Source: Octopus vulgaris (Eukaryota). Taken from it: DNA of 64,000 nt. A model generated the notes under the pieces. It was not told where the DNA came from. It ran no database searches and was given only the letters and a program-made list of their open reading frames with translations. Shown piece by piece: positions 13,952 through 28,296 of this stretch. The stretch lies in NCBI GenBank assembly GCA_951406725.2, contig OX597817.1, forward strand, positions 158,534,001 through 158,598,000. The letters are read 5' to 3'. The stretch's first letter is position 1, and every line of letters begins with the position of its first letter. Both the position numbers and the translations under genes were made by a program.

Positions 13952-14850
13952 TTGTTTTAAACCTTGGGATTACATAGAGAGTATTTTGCGTAGGATATGA
14001 GCAGTTCCCATGAGCACTATCTTTTGAATTTCTGCCAATTTGGGGTTTCCTGGTATCTGAGTTAGGTAGCAATCAGTCCCTTTCGCTATCATTCCCAGGG
14101 CACCTATGACAACAGGTATTGTTTTAGTCTTCAGGTTCCACATTTTGCTGATTTCTATTTCAAGATCTTTATATTTGCTCAGTTTTTGGTAGGTCTTGAC
14201 AGATACGTTTATATCGATTGGGACAATCATATCAATGAGGAGGCATGTTCTTTGTCTGAAGTCTTTCAATATGATGTCTGGCCTATTTGCATCTATCTTC
14301 CTGTCAGTTTGAATGGTGAAGTTCCAGAGGAGTGAGATGTGGTCATTTTCAAGCACTGGCGGTGGATTGTGTTCCCACCAGTTTTTTTCATGAGGCAAAT
14401 CCAGGTTTTTGCAAATTACCCAGTGAATATATTGTGCAGCTCTATCATGCCTATTGAGGTACTCTGTAGGCGCTAGAAGACTGCATTTGGAGACAACATG
14501 ATCAATGGTTTCATTTTGTTGTCGGCATACACGACATGTTGGGCTACTGCCGTTCTTTAATATGTTGGCCTGGTAGTTTCTTGTTGGTAGGCATTGATCT
14601 TGAGCTGCTATGATAAACCCTTCTGTTTCAGATTTTAAGCCAGAGGCTATTAGCCATTGATGGGTCAGGGCTTTGTCGATATCTGCGTTATTCGCTCTCT
14701 TTGGGTATTTGCCATAGAGAGGTTTTCTTGCCATTTATTATTCAGAATATCTAAGGCCGCAGTTTTGGCACGGGTTTTCATGCGCCTAGCTTTTTCTGTG
14801 CTTGTTTCTTGTATGTCTATCTCTAATTCCGAAATTGGTTGTATTGGGAA

Positions 14851-14852
<2 letters not shown>
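13952..14852 (-). mobile_element. R4/Dong-type non-LTR retrotransposon 3' fragment (CCHC finger + restriction-like endonuclease)
   Basis: ORF 13970-14734 has CRVC..ETIDHVVSKC, RHD, RPDI, LIDMIVP, KYKDL and QKIVLMGTAHILRK. It is embedded in (TAA)n arrays. Confidence 0.9.
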
Positions 14853-14898
<46 letters not shown>

Positions 14899-15244
14899 GA
14901 TTATACAGGACTGAGGTAACTCCTCCAGTAGTGACGGCACTAACACCAACGTCACCTCCAATGACGCCAACACCAACAGACACAGCGCCACCAACACTTG
15001 TCCACGTATAGTCTTAACAAAAAAAATGAAGTAGATTGGCATGTAAATTTTGAACCTGTGGAAGGCACTCTAGATGCCGAAATATCGTTCAACTAATTTC
15101 ATATGATAACTATGGCACTCTTCTATTTTTTAAATTTTTCTATGATCCAGCATCGTTTGCTTTCTTTCTCAATTAATACCATGTCTGGTTTCCTATTCTC
15201 TATCTCATAGTCGCACTGAATCATAAATTCCCATAGGATCTTTG

Positions 15245-15319
<75 letters not shown>

Positions 15320-15321
15320 CA

Positions 15322-15411
<90 letters not shown>

Positions 15412-15423
15412 TTATTATTATTA

Positions 15424-16056
15424 TATGTTTGACTTTTGCTTTATATTTGTACAAGTTGGCTCCAAGTCTCACCCAGAGACCTCAAGAGACAACAGGTTGG
15501 AAGTTCATGTTGTTATGCCTAGTGTGCCATATATTTGGGTTTTTTTGGTGTTGTACTAGTGAATGTCTAAAAAAAAAACCAAGAAAACCGAAAATTATGT
15601 TTGTTTTAAACCTTGAGATTACATAGAGAGTATTTTGCGTAGGATATGAGCAGTTCCCATGAGCACTATCTTTTGAATTTCTGCCATTTTTGGATTTCCT
15701 GGTATCTGAGTTAGGTAGCAATCAGCCCCTTTTGCTATCATTCCCAGGGTACCTATGACAGCAGGTATTGTTTTAGTCTTCAGGTTCCACATTTTGCTGA
15801 TTTCTATTTCAAGATCTTTATATTTGCTCAGTTTTTGGTAGGTCTTGACAGATACGTTTATATCGATTGGGACAATCATATCAATGAGGAGGCATGTTCT
15901 TTGTCTGAAGTCTTTCAATATGATGTCTGGCCTATTTGCATCTATCTTTCTGTCAGTTTGAATGGTGAAGTTCCAGAGGAGTGAGATGTGGTCATTTTCA
16001 AGCACTGGCGGTGGTTTGTGTTCCCACCAGTTTTTTTTCATGGGGCAAATCCTGGT
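15424..16056 (-). mobile_element. Second, more 5'-truncated R4/Dong copy of the same family
   Basis: ORF 15619-16041 is nearly identical to the C-terminus of 13970-14734. The 3' UTR runs directly into (AAT)n on minus. Confidence 0.9.
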
Positions 16057-16082
16057 TTATTATTATTAATATTATTATTATT

Positions 16083-16121
<39 letters not shown>

Positions 16122-16529
16122 ATTATTATTATTATTATTATTATAGAAATAACATAGTTTGTTGACGTGTTGTCATGCATAACTGCTACTTAATCTTAGG
16201 AAGAAAGAAAGCACACAAACACGCATCTATACATGTATGCATGGGCGTGTATGTTTCCAGTCAAAAGCATTACATTGTGTTCTGGTTGGTTCGAACAACT
16301 ACCAAGTGAGCCCTCAAAAAAATTAATTAAGGTTTTCATAAAATTTATTTCGGTTTATACATCACCAAAATGCTTGAATTCAATTCAAAATTCTTCATAA
16401 ACACGCACTAAAATTGTTTTGTTTTTTTTCAATTATCTCCTGCTCTTCGACTGTCGCACAGTTCTGCCGCTGGGAAAATCAACTTTTGAAAGCTACAATT
16501 TTATTTACGCACATATAACATGCTCACTT

Positions 16530-16580
<51 letters not shown>

Positions 16581-16854
16581 TATATGTACGTTTAATCTCT
16601 CAAAGCCATAAATAACTTATCACAAAGCTAATTATCAACTGAAGCAAAACACGGATTAAAAAGAATAATCTGAAAACACAAGGTACTATATCTAATGTTT
16701 ACTAAAAATGCTTATTGTAAGATCATGTCGACAAACACGCACAGTACACACTAGTGTAGTGTGCTAGACCAATAAGTATGGATGTGTCAAACTAAATTTT
16801 TACGATCCATCTTCACGCTAGAAATACTTCCAAAGTAATTTTTTGACATACCAT

Positions 16855-17016
16855 AGGCGCAGGAGTGGCTGTGTGGTAAGTAGCTTGCTAACCAACCACA
16901 TGGTTCCGGGTTCAGTCCACTGCGTGGCATCTTGGGCAAGTGTCTTCTGCTATAGCCCCGGGCCGACCAATGCCTTGTGAGTGGATTTGGTAGACGGAAA
17001 CTGAAAGAAGCCTGTC

Positions 17017-17094
<78 letters not shown>

Positions 17095-17303
17095 TTGTGT
17101 GTCTGTGTTTGTCCCCCTAGCATTGCTTGACAACCGATGCTGGTGTGTTTACGTCCCCGTCACTTAGCGGTTCGGCAAAAGAGACCGATAGAATAAGTAC
17201 TGGGCTTACAAAGAATAAGTCCCAGGGTCGATTTGCTCGACTAAAGGCGGTGCTCCAGCATGGCCGCAGTCAAATGACTGAAACAAGTAAAAGAGTAAAA
17301 GAG
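16855..17303 (+). mobile_element. tRNA-derived SINE family C (internal TA/TG microsatellite, AGTAAAAG tail)
   Basis: GGCGCAGGAGTGGCTGTGTGGTAAG head, CTTGGGCAAG CORE-like motif, tandem tail. Confidence 0.88.
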
Positions 17304-17766
17304 TATACCTCTCTATCTGTAAGGGTGGATGGAGCTCTTTAGCTGCGATGGAAGCAATCAGTCTAGAAGAAAACTCCAAAATTAAAACCGTCTTCCAACT
17401 CGTCCTAAGCCAGCACAGAAGAATATGGCTGATGAAAATAACATGAGATATATGTGCAATAGCATGGATTCATAGTGTAAAGGTAAATATCTCATGCTGG
17501 TGAGCATTCTGCCACAGACGGAGTAGCAGGAAATGAGAATGATTTATCTGTCCGACCGTCCGTTCGTCTGTCCATCTGTTCTTTTGTCTGTCCGTTCTTC
17601 TGTCCGTCCGTCTGTCCATCTATTTATCTACCATTCAAAATCATTCAACGATTGTTAACCTCATTTAAACATTTATTATTTGGTTTCAAAATTTTTGTTG
17701 CACCAACAGAGATCTGTTTACTGACACGGTTCCACTGCATCTGGTTTGTGGCGATGTTGTTGGCCC

Positions 17767-17988
17767 TCGGCAGAATAGTTAGCACGCCGGGCGAAATGCG
17801 TAGCCGTATTTCATCTGCCGTTACGTTCTGGGTTCAAATTCCGCTGAGGTTGACTTTGCCTTTCGTCCTTTCGGGGTCGATAAATTAAGTACCAGTTACG
17901 CACTGGGGTCGATGTAATCGACTTAATCCGTTTGTCTGTCCTTGTTTGTCCTCACTGTGTTTAGCCCCTTGTGAGTAGTAAAGAAATA
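17767..17988 (+). mobile_element. SINE family B
   Basis: Matches other copies in the window. Confidence 0.85.
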
Positions 17989-18354
17989 TATATTGGTCAG
18001 TCGTTCTGGCTGGGTCTTCATTGCTCGTCAGTTAACTTGGTATTTTCAGGTACCTTCAATTCTTTTTTCTTTCTTTCTTCTTTTGGCATCGTACACAGCA
18101 AGTCAGAAAATGAATGACCTCGGGGAAGGTACCAAAGCTTGTCAATGTTCGTCAACAAACCCTAGGGGCAGACGTTAGCTGAACTGCAGTTTGAAGAGCC
18201 TCGCTTTCGCATGGCCAGCCAACTATATGTTCTCACATTGGAAGACGACAACAATATCTGTCAATGTTCAATGTGGTAAAAACTAAAAGCGCTTTTTTTT
18301 TAATCACGAAACCGTTCGCTGAGAATTGTCTGTCTATATTTTGCCAGAAGCAAT

Positions 18355-18738
18355 GGGAAGCACTCCGTCGGTTACGACGATGAGGGTTCCGGTCGATCCG
18401 AATCAACGGAACAGCCTGCTCGTGAAATTAACGTGTAAGTGGCTGAGCACTCCACAGACACGTGTACCCTTAACGTAGTTCTCGGGGATATTCAGCGTGA
18501 CACAGAGAGTGACAAGGCCGGCCCTTTGAAATACAGGTACAAGAGAAACAGGAAGTAAGAGTGAGAGAAAGTTGTGGTGAAAGAGTACAGCAGGGATCAC
18601 CACCATCCCTGCCGGAGCCTCGTGAAGCTTTAGGTGTTTTCGCTCAATAAACACTCACAACGCCCGGTCTGGAAATCGAAACCGCGATCCTACGACCGCG
18701 AGTCCGCTGCCCTAACCACTGGGCCATTGCGCCTCCGC
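18355..18738 (-). mobile_element. SINE family A
   Basis: TSD GCCAGAAGCAAT at 18343 and 18739. Confidence 0.9.
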
Positions 18739-18947
18739 GCCAGAAGCAATAATACTATTTTGAATCACATGTCTCAGTTACGAAGAATATAGATATCGTT
18801 GTTTAAATAATACATTCAGGCAGAATTACAATGAATTATGAATTCCTTTTCAAGCAAGTGGCATTCAAATGATTCATCTGCTTTCTGGGTGGCACCGAAT
18901 TGTAGGTAACCTTCAAGGATGAATATATCTACATCTATATTTACACC

Positions 18948-19304
18948 TATGTATGTATGTATGTATGTATGTATGTATGTATGTATGTATGTATGTATGT
19001 ATGTATGTATGTATGTATGTATGTATGTGTTTATGCATGCATGCATGCATGTATGTATGTATGTATGTATGTATGTATGTATGTATGTATGTATGTATGT
19101 ATGTATGTATGTATGTATGTATGTATGTATGTATGTATGTATGTATTTATGTATGTATGTATGTATGTTTGTATGTTTGTTTGTATGTATTTATGTATGT
19201 ATGTATGTATGTATGTATGTATGTATGTATGTATGTATGTATCGAATGAGAGAGAGAGAGAGAGAGAGAAAGAAATAGGTAGATAGATAGACTGACAGAC
19301 AGAG

Positions 19305-19372
<68 letters not shown>

Positions 19373-19484
19373 TGATGGATGGATGGATGGATGGATGGAT
19401 GGATGGATGGATGGATGGATGGATGGATGGATGGATGGATGGATGGATGGATGGATAGATAGATCAATCGATAGTTAGACAGGC

Positions 19485-19545
<61 letters not shown>
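18948..19545. repeat. Serial (TATG)n-(GA)n-(GATA)n-(GGAT)n-(GA)n arrays
   Basis: Direct reading. Confidence 0.95.
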
Positions 19546-19548
<3 letters not shown>

Positions 19549-19831
19549 TGCGTTTCAGAAGTTTTGATACATTTTCAGGAGAAACATTTATTAATTTCAA
19601 ATTACAAAACTTTAATCATCTTCAAAGTAATATCCTCTATCTTCAATGCACTTACTGTAGCGATCCGGTCACTCTATGACGGACGGCCCCATAGAAGTTC
19701 TCCAAAGGTGAAAGTGTCAAGGAACCTTGTCACTGCCTCCTTCTTCTTGTCAATGTCTTCAAAACGACCATCCCCTCAGATTCTTCTTCAGTTTGGGGAC
19801 TGTAGGGAGGATGAGGATCAGTTTTGATATG

Positions 19832-20139
19832 TTGTTGTTGTTTGTTCCTTCTCAAGCCATGTCTGGCACACAAGGGCCGGTTTCCCGGTTTCCTGGCGTA
19901 TTGATTACCTCCTCATGACGGAACTCTGGTCCGTCGCAGGTGAGCTGCAAGATGCAGGAGAAAAGAGTGAGAGAAAGTTGTGGCGAAAGAGTCAGCAGAA
20001 ATTCGCCATTACCTTCTGCCGGAGCCGCGTGGAAATTAGGTGTTTCACTCACAAACACACACATCGCCCGGTCTGAGATTCGAACCCGCGATCCTTTGAC
20101 CGCGATTCCGCTGCTCTAACCAGTAGACCATGTGCCTCC
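19832..20139 (-). mobile_element. SINE family A-related subfamily (GGAGGCACATGG head, (AAC)n tail)
   Basis: Homologous to 51397-51692. Confidence 0.8.
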
Positions 20140-20174
20140 ACTCAGTTTTGATATCCATCTCTGTAAATAGTTGT

Positions 20175-20507
20175 GGAGGCGCAATGGCCCAGGGATTAGA
20201 GCAGTGGAATCGCGGTCAGAGGATCGCGGTTTCGATTCCCAGACCAGGCGTTGTGCGTGTTTATTGAGCGAAAACACCTAAAAAGCTCCACGAAGCTCCT
20301 GCAAGAGGTGGTGGCGACCCCTGTTGTACTCTTTCGCCACAACTTTCTCTTACTCTTTCTCCCTGTTTCTTGAGTAATGCTGCGATGGACTGGCGTCCCG
20401 TCCAGCTGGTGGTGGTAGTGGTGGGGGGAACACATATGCCACAAAAACCGGGAAACCGGGCCCATGAGCCTGGCTAGGCTTGAAAAGGGCGCATAAATAA
20501 ATAAAAA
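20175..20507 (+). mobile_element. SINE family A head with alternative 3' tail
   Basis: Same type as 6876-7182; TSD TAAATAGTTG. Confidence 0.85.
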
Positions 20508-21207
20508 TAAATAGTTGGTTACTAGGATGGAACTGTGGACGAGTGCATTGTCCGGGTCCATGTGCTCCGGCTTTTTGCGACGAAATCTCTTCCTGGGCGG
20601 CCGCAAAACCTCCACAAAGTACTCTGACCAGATAGACAGGTGCTGATGAAGGAGCAAAAACTCCCGAAATATACGCACATTACCCATTTTTTCATCTTTG
20701 ATCTCATTGTTTGCTTACTTCTGTCGCCTCGGATACGAAACGTAACAGAATGGCTATAATTTGTTTCTATAACATTGTTTGTTTACTTCTGGCGTCTCGG
20801 ATACGAAACGTAAAAGAACCACTGCTGGCTATAATTTCTACGGAAAATCTGTCGAGCCGACCTTAATATATCTAGCCAGAGGAAACCCAGTAGGTGCAGA
20901 CTATGCCTTTACTACAGAAAAAGGGGATCCTCGTGAGCTTCTCAGTGGATTTGCTTTACTTGGCCGCTTGTGTCAGCGAAAAACATGCATGGCTGATACA
21001 AGTTAATCCATAAGCAACCTGGAGTATTCCATAAGTTTCTGCAGCTTTTTTGCGTAGTTTAACACGAGACTGTATTGCACAGCAAGCTGCTAAATTGTCT
21101 TCACGTCCTGACTGCGTTTTGCAAACTGGTCAGCTATGTCAAGAAGTGTTTGGTAGGGCATGATCAAAGTGCCGTTACAGCCGTTTCTTTCAATCTGGAA
21201 TAATAAA

Positions 21208-21245
<38 letters not shown>

Positions 21246-21356
21246 TTGGTCAGTTTATTAAATGTACCATAATGGTATACTGAAATTACAATCTAGGACA
21301 GTTATAACTGCTTTTCCTAAAAAAAAAAAAAGTCTGAAAACTTCTGGAATGCGCGA

Positions 21357-21466
21357 CATACACACACACATCCATCCATCCATCCATCCATACATACATA
21401 CATACATACATGCATGCATACATACATACACACACACACACACATCCACCCATCCATCCATCCATC

Positions 21467-21498
<32 letters not shown>

Positions 21499-21539
21499 TC
21501 CATCCATCCATCCATCCATCCATCCATACATACATACAT

Positions 21540-21574
<35 letters not shown>

Positions 21575-21607
21575 TCCATCCATCCATCCATCCATCCATA
21601 CATACAT

Positions 21608-21642
<35 letters not shown>

Positions 21643-21699
21643 TCCATCACTCCTTCCATCCATACATCCATCCATCCATACATACATACATACATACAT

Positions 21700-21736
<37 letters not shown>

Positions 21737-21769
21737 TCCATCCATCCATCCATCCATCCATACATACAT

Positions 21770-21804
<35 letters not shown>

Positions 21805-21865
21805 TCCATCCATCCATCCATCCATACATCCATCCATCCATACATACATACATACATACATACAT

Positions 21866-21896
<31 letters not shown>

Positions 21897-21917
21897 TCCA
21901 TCCATCCATCCATCCAT

Positions 21918-21952
<35 letters not shown>

Positions 21953-22070
21953 TACATTCATACATACATACATACATACATACATACATACATACATACA
22001 TACATACATACATACATACACACAATCCATCCATCCATCAATCCATCCATACATCCATCCATACATACAT
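21357..22070. repeat. Higher-order satellite of (CA)n-(CATC)n-(CATA)n blocks
   Basis: The three-block cycle repeats about ten times. Confidence 0.9.
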
Positions 22071-22304
22071 AGTGTCAAGCCTCTGCTTGACACTAGTTTA
22101 AGGTCACGTTCCCATATCTTATAATTTTTTTTGTTTTTGTTTTTTTTTTTGGGGGGGGGGGGGGCGGAGACGTGAGGAGGGAGGATAGCGGAAGAAGCAA
22201 TATAATAACTAGACAACTTAAAATAAGTAAAGTGATTGTTTTCACCGACTAAAAAAATCACTTCAAGCCGGACCATATGTTGAAATGTGCATGGATACAT
22301 ATAT

Positions 22305-22470
22305 AGGCGCAGGAGTGGCTGTGTGGTAAGTAGCTTGCTTACGAACCACATGGTTCCGGGTTCAGTCCCACTGCGTGGCACCTTGGGCAAGTGTCTTCTA
22401 CTATAGCCTCGGGCCGACCAAAGCCTTGTGAGTGGATTTGGTAGACGGAAACTGAAAGAAGCCCGTCGTA

Positions 22471-22520
<50 letters not shown>

Positions 22521-22752
22521 TGTGTTTGTGTGTGTGTTTCTGTGTCTGTGTTTGTCTCCCCTAGCATTGCTTGACAACCGATGCTGGTATGTTTATGTCC
22601 CCGTAACTTAGCGGTTCGGCAAAAGAGACCGATAGAATAAGTACTGGGCTTACAAAAGAATAAGTCCCGGGGTCGAGTTGCTCGATTAAAGGCGGTGCTC
22701 CAGCATGGCTGCAGTCAAATGACTGAAACAAGTAAAAGAGTAAAGAGTAAGA
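22305..22752 (+). mobile_element. SINE family C
   Basis: Full-length copy. Confidence 0.88.
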
Positions 22753-22778
22753 GTATATAAATGCGTGTGTGCAGGCTA

Positions 22779-22813
<35 letters not shown>

Positions 22814-23012
22814 GACACAGAGTTTTATTACAATTCAAGGGAAGTAACTATAAAACTACTCAGTTTCTCTAACCTCCCTTTCACCACATAATTTTGTTAT
22901 GACTCCGTTGCAGCAGCTATTCTTTACTACTACGACAGCGAGAGCTTCTTACATGGTCGCCAAGTTTTCTGGAATTCTCTTTATATAGGCAATATATGTA
23001 TTTCATTGTATG

Positions 23013-23223
23013 TGGAGGCGCAATGGCCCAGTGATTAGGGCAGCGGACTCGCGGTCGTAGGATCGCGGTTTCGATTCCCAGACCGGGCGTTGTGAGTGTT
23101 TATTGAGCGAAAACACCCAAAAGCTCCACGAGGCTCCGGCAGGGGATGGTGGTGATCCCTGCTTTACTCTTTCACCACAACTTTTTCTCACTCTTACTTC
23201 CTGTTTCTGTTGTACCTGTATTT
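23013..23223 (+). mobile_element. SINE family A, 3'-truncated
   Basis: Head and part of body. Confidence 0.85.
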
Positions 23224-23292
23224 CTTTTTAGTAATATTCAGGTTGAAGAGTACCAAAAGTTTCTTTAATGTCTCTCAATCCCCCCCTCTCTC

Positions 23293-23324
<32 letters not shown>

Positions 23325-23538
23325 AGTTCAGCAAAATTTAGATTCAGATGAATATGGTACTTAAGTCAAAGGCACCAGAATTTGGTATGGTGTTATCCAT
23401 ATAAATCCACGGGGTGATTACTTGTTGCTTATTTTGATTATATATATATATATAAATAAATAAATAAATAAATATATATATATAAATGTCGGTGCCCCAG
23501 CATGGCCACAGCTCATAAACTGAAACTAGAATCAATCA

Positions 23539-23579
<41 letters not shown>

Positions 23580-23891
23580 TATATATAAATAAATATATAT
23601 ATATATATATTGTTTTTGTGTCTCTCTGTTTGTCTCAAAGCTGTAGGGCGCCTGTGTCATCCATGTTTTTAACCGTTACTGTCCCCAAAAAGGATTTTTC
23701 GTTTCATGTTCGTCTCTGTTGCGTTTCATTCTTTCCTTCTGTGGCTGGCTGATTCAGAGCGGATCTCAGAATTAAACAGCCGAAATCTGCGATGCGGGAT
23801 CAGTTTCTGACTGAAGAATGAAGGCTTTGAATGACCCGTTTGTCTTTTTGTTCGTCCCTTCGTGTATTTCACGTTATTTATTTATATAAAG

Positions 23892-24196
<305 letters not shown>

Positions 24197-24576
24197 GGAG
24201 GCGCAATGGCCCAGTCGTTAGGGCAGCGGACTCGCGGTCGTTGGATCGCGGTTTCGATTCCCAGACCGGGCGTTGTGAATGTTTATTGAGCGAAAACACC
24301 CAAAGCCCCACGAGACTCCGGCAGGGATGGTGGTGATCCCTGATGTACTCTTTCACCACAACTTTCTCTCACTCTTACTTCCTGTTTCTGTTGTACCTGT
24401 ATTTCAAAGGGCCGGCCTTGTCACTCTCTGTGTCACGCTGAATCTCCCCGAGAACTACGTTAAGGGTACACCTGTCTGTGGAGTGCTCAGCCACTTAACG
24501 TTAATTTCACGAGCAGGCTGTTCCGTTGATCGGATCAACCGGAAGCCTCGTCGTCGTAACCGACAGAGTGCTTCCA
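24197..24576 (+). mobile_element. SINE family A
   Basis: Full-length copy next to (TA)n. Confidence 0.88.
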
Positions 24577-24698
24577 AAATTTCATTGTATACGGTTTTTT
24601 TTTATGAAAGATCTAATCTCAGATGTCGAAATCAAAACAAAATGTCATATTAAGAATTTAAACACACACACATATCATGTCTCACCTATGTATACACA

Positions 24699-24764
<66 letters not shown>

Positions 24765-25099
24765 ATTTAATTAATCTATACTATGACTTTTAAAATCTGT
24801 ATTTGTATTATTATCTTATCTATTGATTTATATAATACTTTTGTATGCTTTTGATGTTCTCATTTGTAAAATGAATAAATAATCCAACATTATAATATCC
24901 GCAAGTTGATGCACAAACCAAATTTGTTTATTAAATTAGAGATAAAACCACTATTAGGCAAACCAAACAGTGAAAAACATAAACCAAAACATAGAAATAA
25001 AAATAATTAATATAATATACAAAATATATAAAATATAAAATTCAAAATTTAAATTATTTAAATTTAAAGTTAAAAATTTAAAATTATTAATTTATATTT

Positions 25100-25182
<83 letters not shown>

Positions 25183-25267
25183 CTTAGAATAACTTAGAAA
25201 GGTTTTTGGCCAGTATTGGCCCAGGCCATGTCTAACTTAATAGCACCACCTGGCGAAGTCTTTCAGT

Positions 25268-28200
25268 TCAGGATTTGGGCACCAAGGCCCATTCGAGCAG
25301 AGAGTTATTGTTTGCGGAGACATATCCGGGTGTGGATGGTTTGTCCGGTACTGTTTGAAGGAATTTGTCCAAAGACTTCTTGAATTTTGTGTGGTCAGTT
25401 TCTTTTTTGACGTGTCCTGGTGTAATGTTGAAGAGAGCGGGTCCAATTGAGGTGAAATAGTTGTGCCGTATTGTCGTTATGTGATGCGATTTAGATTTTT
25501 GTTGTGGACGGATGGCACGTGGTCCAAGCCTTGGATGCATTTTGAAGGTGATGCCAACATCATTCGGACAGTGCTGATGGAATATTTTCCACATCATACA
25601 GATAATGTAGCGTTCACGGCGTCGTTGGAGTGAATACAATTTCAGCTTCTCTAGTCTACCCCAGTAGTCAAGGTCTGACATGCCATCTATCTTTTTTGTG
25701 ATTGACCTTTGGGGAGCTTCAATTCTCATAATATTTTGTTTTGTGTAGGGAGACCACAGTGGACAGCAGTATTCAAGGTGGGGTCGGGCAAAAGTGGAGA
25801 AGAGAAGGATAATAGCGTGGGAATCTCTCGACTGGAAGGTTCTGAGAATCCAGGAACACATTCTGCGGGCCATGTCAACTTTGCTGCTTATATGTGTAGC
25901 CCAGCTTATGTTGTTGTCCACTGTTACTCCCAGGTCTCTGATGTTGTTGGATGCCATGAGAATTTCTCCAGAAGGAAGAGAGTATGGGAGTTTCAGAGCG
26001 TCCTCCCTTCCAAAGTGGATCAGTTCGAATTTGTCTTCATTTAGCAACATGTTATTCTTTTCCGCCCATTGGACAACAGCTAGTAGGTCTGACTGAAGGT
26101 TTATTCGGTCATCCACGTCATTGATGACCTTCTGGAGCTTGGAATCATCAGCGAAGGTTCTGATGTTGCTGTGTTTGATGGTGTCAGTAATATCATTTAT
26201 GTAGATGATGAAGAGAAGTGGGCCCAACACAGTGCCTTGTGGGACACCACTGCTGACTTTGGCTGGGCTGGATTTGACTCCTTCGACTACAACATGTTGG
26301 GTTCTGTTAGAGAGGAAGCACTTGATCCATTGCAGCAGCTTTCCAGTGACACCAATATTGGACAGCTTTCTCAGAAGGATCTTATGATCAACCCTGTCAA
26401 AGGCCTTGCTGAAATCAAGGTAGATGACATCAGTGTTGGAACCCTCTCCCAAGGCTCTCAAAATGTCATCAAAATGATGCAGTAGCTGCGTCAGGCAATC
26501 TCTCCCATTACGGAATCCATGCTGGTTGGGGTTCAGCATATTATGACTCTCAAGGAAGTGAGTCATACGCGATCTCAGCACCCTCTCAAATACCTTGATG
26601 ATATGAGAGGTGAGTGAGATTGGACGGTAATTCACGGCAAGCGATTTGTTTCCTTTTTTGAAAACTGGGACAACAGACTGGGATAGAAGGTCTTCTGGTA
26701 TATATCCAGCATCCAATGAGTTCCGCCACAGATTGGCTAGAGGGGGTGCAAGTTGGTTTTGACACATCTTCAAGACACAAGCAGGGAACCTATCGGGACC
26801 TACTGCTGAATTATGCTTCATTTCCTTTATTGCTGCTAAGACATCAGGAGCGCCAAATGTTATGTCCGATAAAGTGTATTGGGGAGTAACATCACTGATA
26901 CAGCCCAGATCAGTCATATCAGGATTGCTGAAAACAGAGCAATATTGTTTCTGCAATATTTCTCCCATGGTTTTGGCATTGTCTTGAAGAATACCATTTT
27001 CATCAATCAGAGGGCCAACAGTAGAACCAGTGACTCTGTGTTTTTTTGCAAATGAAAAGAACACTTTGGGATTGAGTTTGATCTTCTCAATGGCCCAGGC
27101 CTCTTCAGCTCTTCGCTGACTATTGATGATAGACATCATGTTGTTTTGGAGTTTATGTTTTTTAATCTCTAGCGACGAGATGGCAGTCAGGTTGGTGTGT
27201 TGCTGTTGACAGTATTTCAGCATGTTGATCTTTTTGTTGATTCTTTTAATTTTCCTTATGAGAGATTTTCTATTTCTAGGGATTCGACACTTAGATTTGT
27301 TTGCAGATCTTAATGGGGTGTGTCTTGCACATATGTTCGTGATGGTGTCTACAAGTGACTGCCAGGACTTTTTGATGTTAGTGGGTGTGTATGTGTGCGT
27401 GAAGGACCAATCGACTTGTGCAAGATCATTATTGATCGCTTCCCAGTTTGCATTGTGGAAATCCATAGTGTCAAATGGATGAACAGGAGGGATGACATTT
27501 GTTTTGCATTTTGGCCAGTGAAATCTCAGATCACAGAGAACCATGTCATGGTCGGAGAGTAGGGTTTTCTCCACTGCAATATTGTGGATAGTATCAGTGT
27601 GATTGCTGAAAATTAAGTCTAAGACGTTTTTGTGACATCTCGTTGGTTCGAGTACCAGTTGGGACAAGAAGAAGTCATCCATGAAATCAAGAAGCGATTC
27701 CACTGCCTCCCTGTCAGGGGTTGAGAGAGAAGAACCTGGCGGCAGACTGTTTGTAGACCAGTCAACCCCGGGAAGGTTGAAATCTCCCATCATTAAAATG
27801 TTGTCAGGTTGACACTGCTGAATGAAACACTTTATGCTGTTGAGGCATTCCTTGAAGCATGGTAGGGGCGTTTGGGGTGGTCTGTAGAGCCCAACTACTG
27901 TTAAGTTGTTGGTTTGACTGAATACAGCGACTGCTTCGCAGTATCCATTCGAAAATATGTTCATGGCTTCTGTTGAGAATGAATCATGGACATAAATGGC
28001 AGTCCCACCCTTTCTTCTGCCAACACGATCAGCACGAATGGTTTTGAAATTTTTTTGAAATTTTTAACTTTCACCTCGGCTTCCAAGTGGAGGTCACTAA
28101 GATGGGTTTCAGTGAGGACGAAGAAAGGGATGTGGTTTGGATGGGCCTCGACCCAGTCCTCCAGGAATCTTATCTTCCATTTTTGTGTATTGGTGGAAGG

Positions 28201-28296
28201 GCTGATGCCTTGGGCATTAAGCAGAAATGTTGAGGCGAGAGTGGATGGTTTTAATTGTTTTGGTGATTTGTTTATTTGATTGCTTTTTAATGGCAT
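25268..28296 (-). CDS. LINE ORF2: APE endonuclease + reverse transcriptase (frameshifted by an 11-bp duplication at 28044-28065)
   Basis: APE motifs LTETHL, GLYRPP, MGDFN, LDLIF, SDH. RT motifs YRPISL, QHGFR, YLDFSKAFD, GVPQGTVLGP, FADD. ORFs 27961-28296 and 25268-27964 join in frame when one 11-mer is removed. Confidence 0.93.

Larger units (their letters stand above)
19590..21205 (-). mobile_element. Highly decayed mariner interrupted by two SINEs
   Basis: Minus peptides KLRKKAAETYGILQVAYG (~21010-21065), EYFVEVLR..RRKKPE..DNALVHSSILVT (~20520-20625), LKKNLRG/RFEDIDKKKEAVT (~19730-19790). Confidence 0.65.

Noticed and set aside
20640-20676. Hammerhead-like CTGATGA-AGGAG..CTCCC-GAAATATA
   Set aside because: Lies antisense within decayed mariner transposase sequence; stem I is only 3 bp; likely coincidental.
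23730-23830. Structured-looking segment ending in GCCGAAA
   Set aside because: No recognisable CTGANGA core in the right position; cannot support a ribozyme call.
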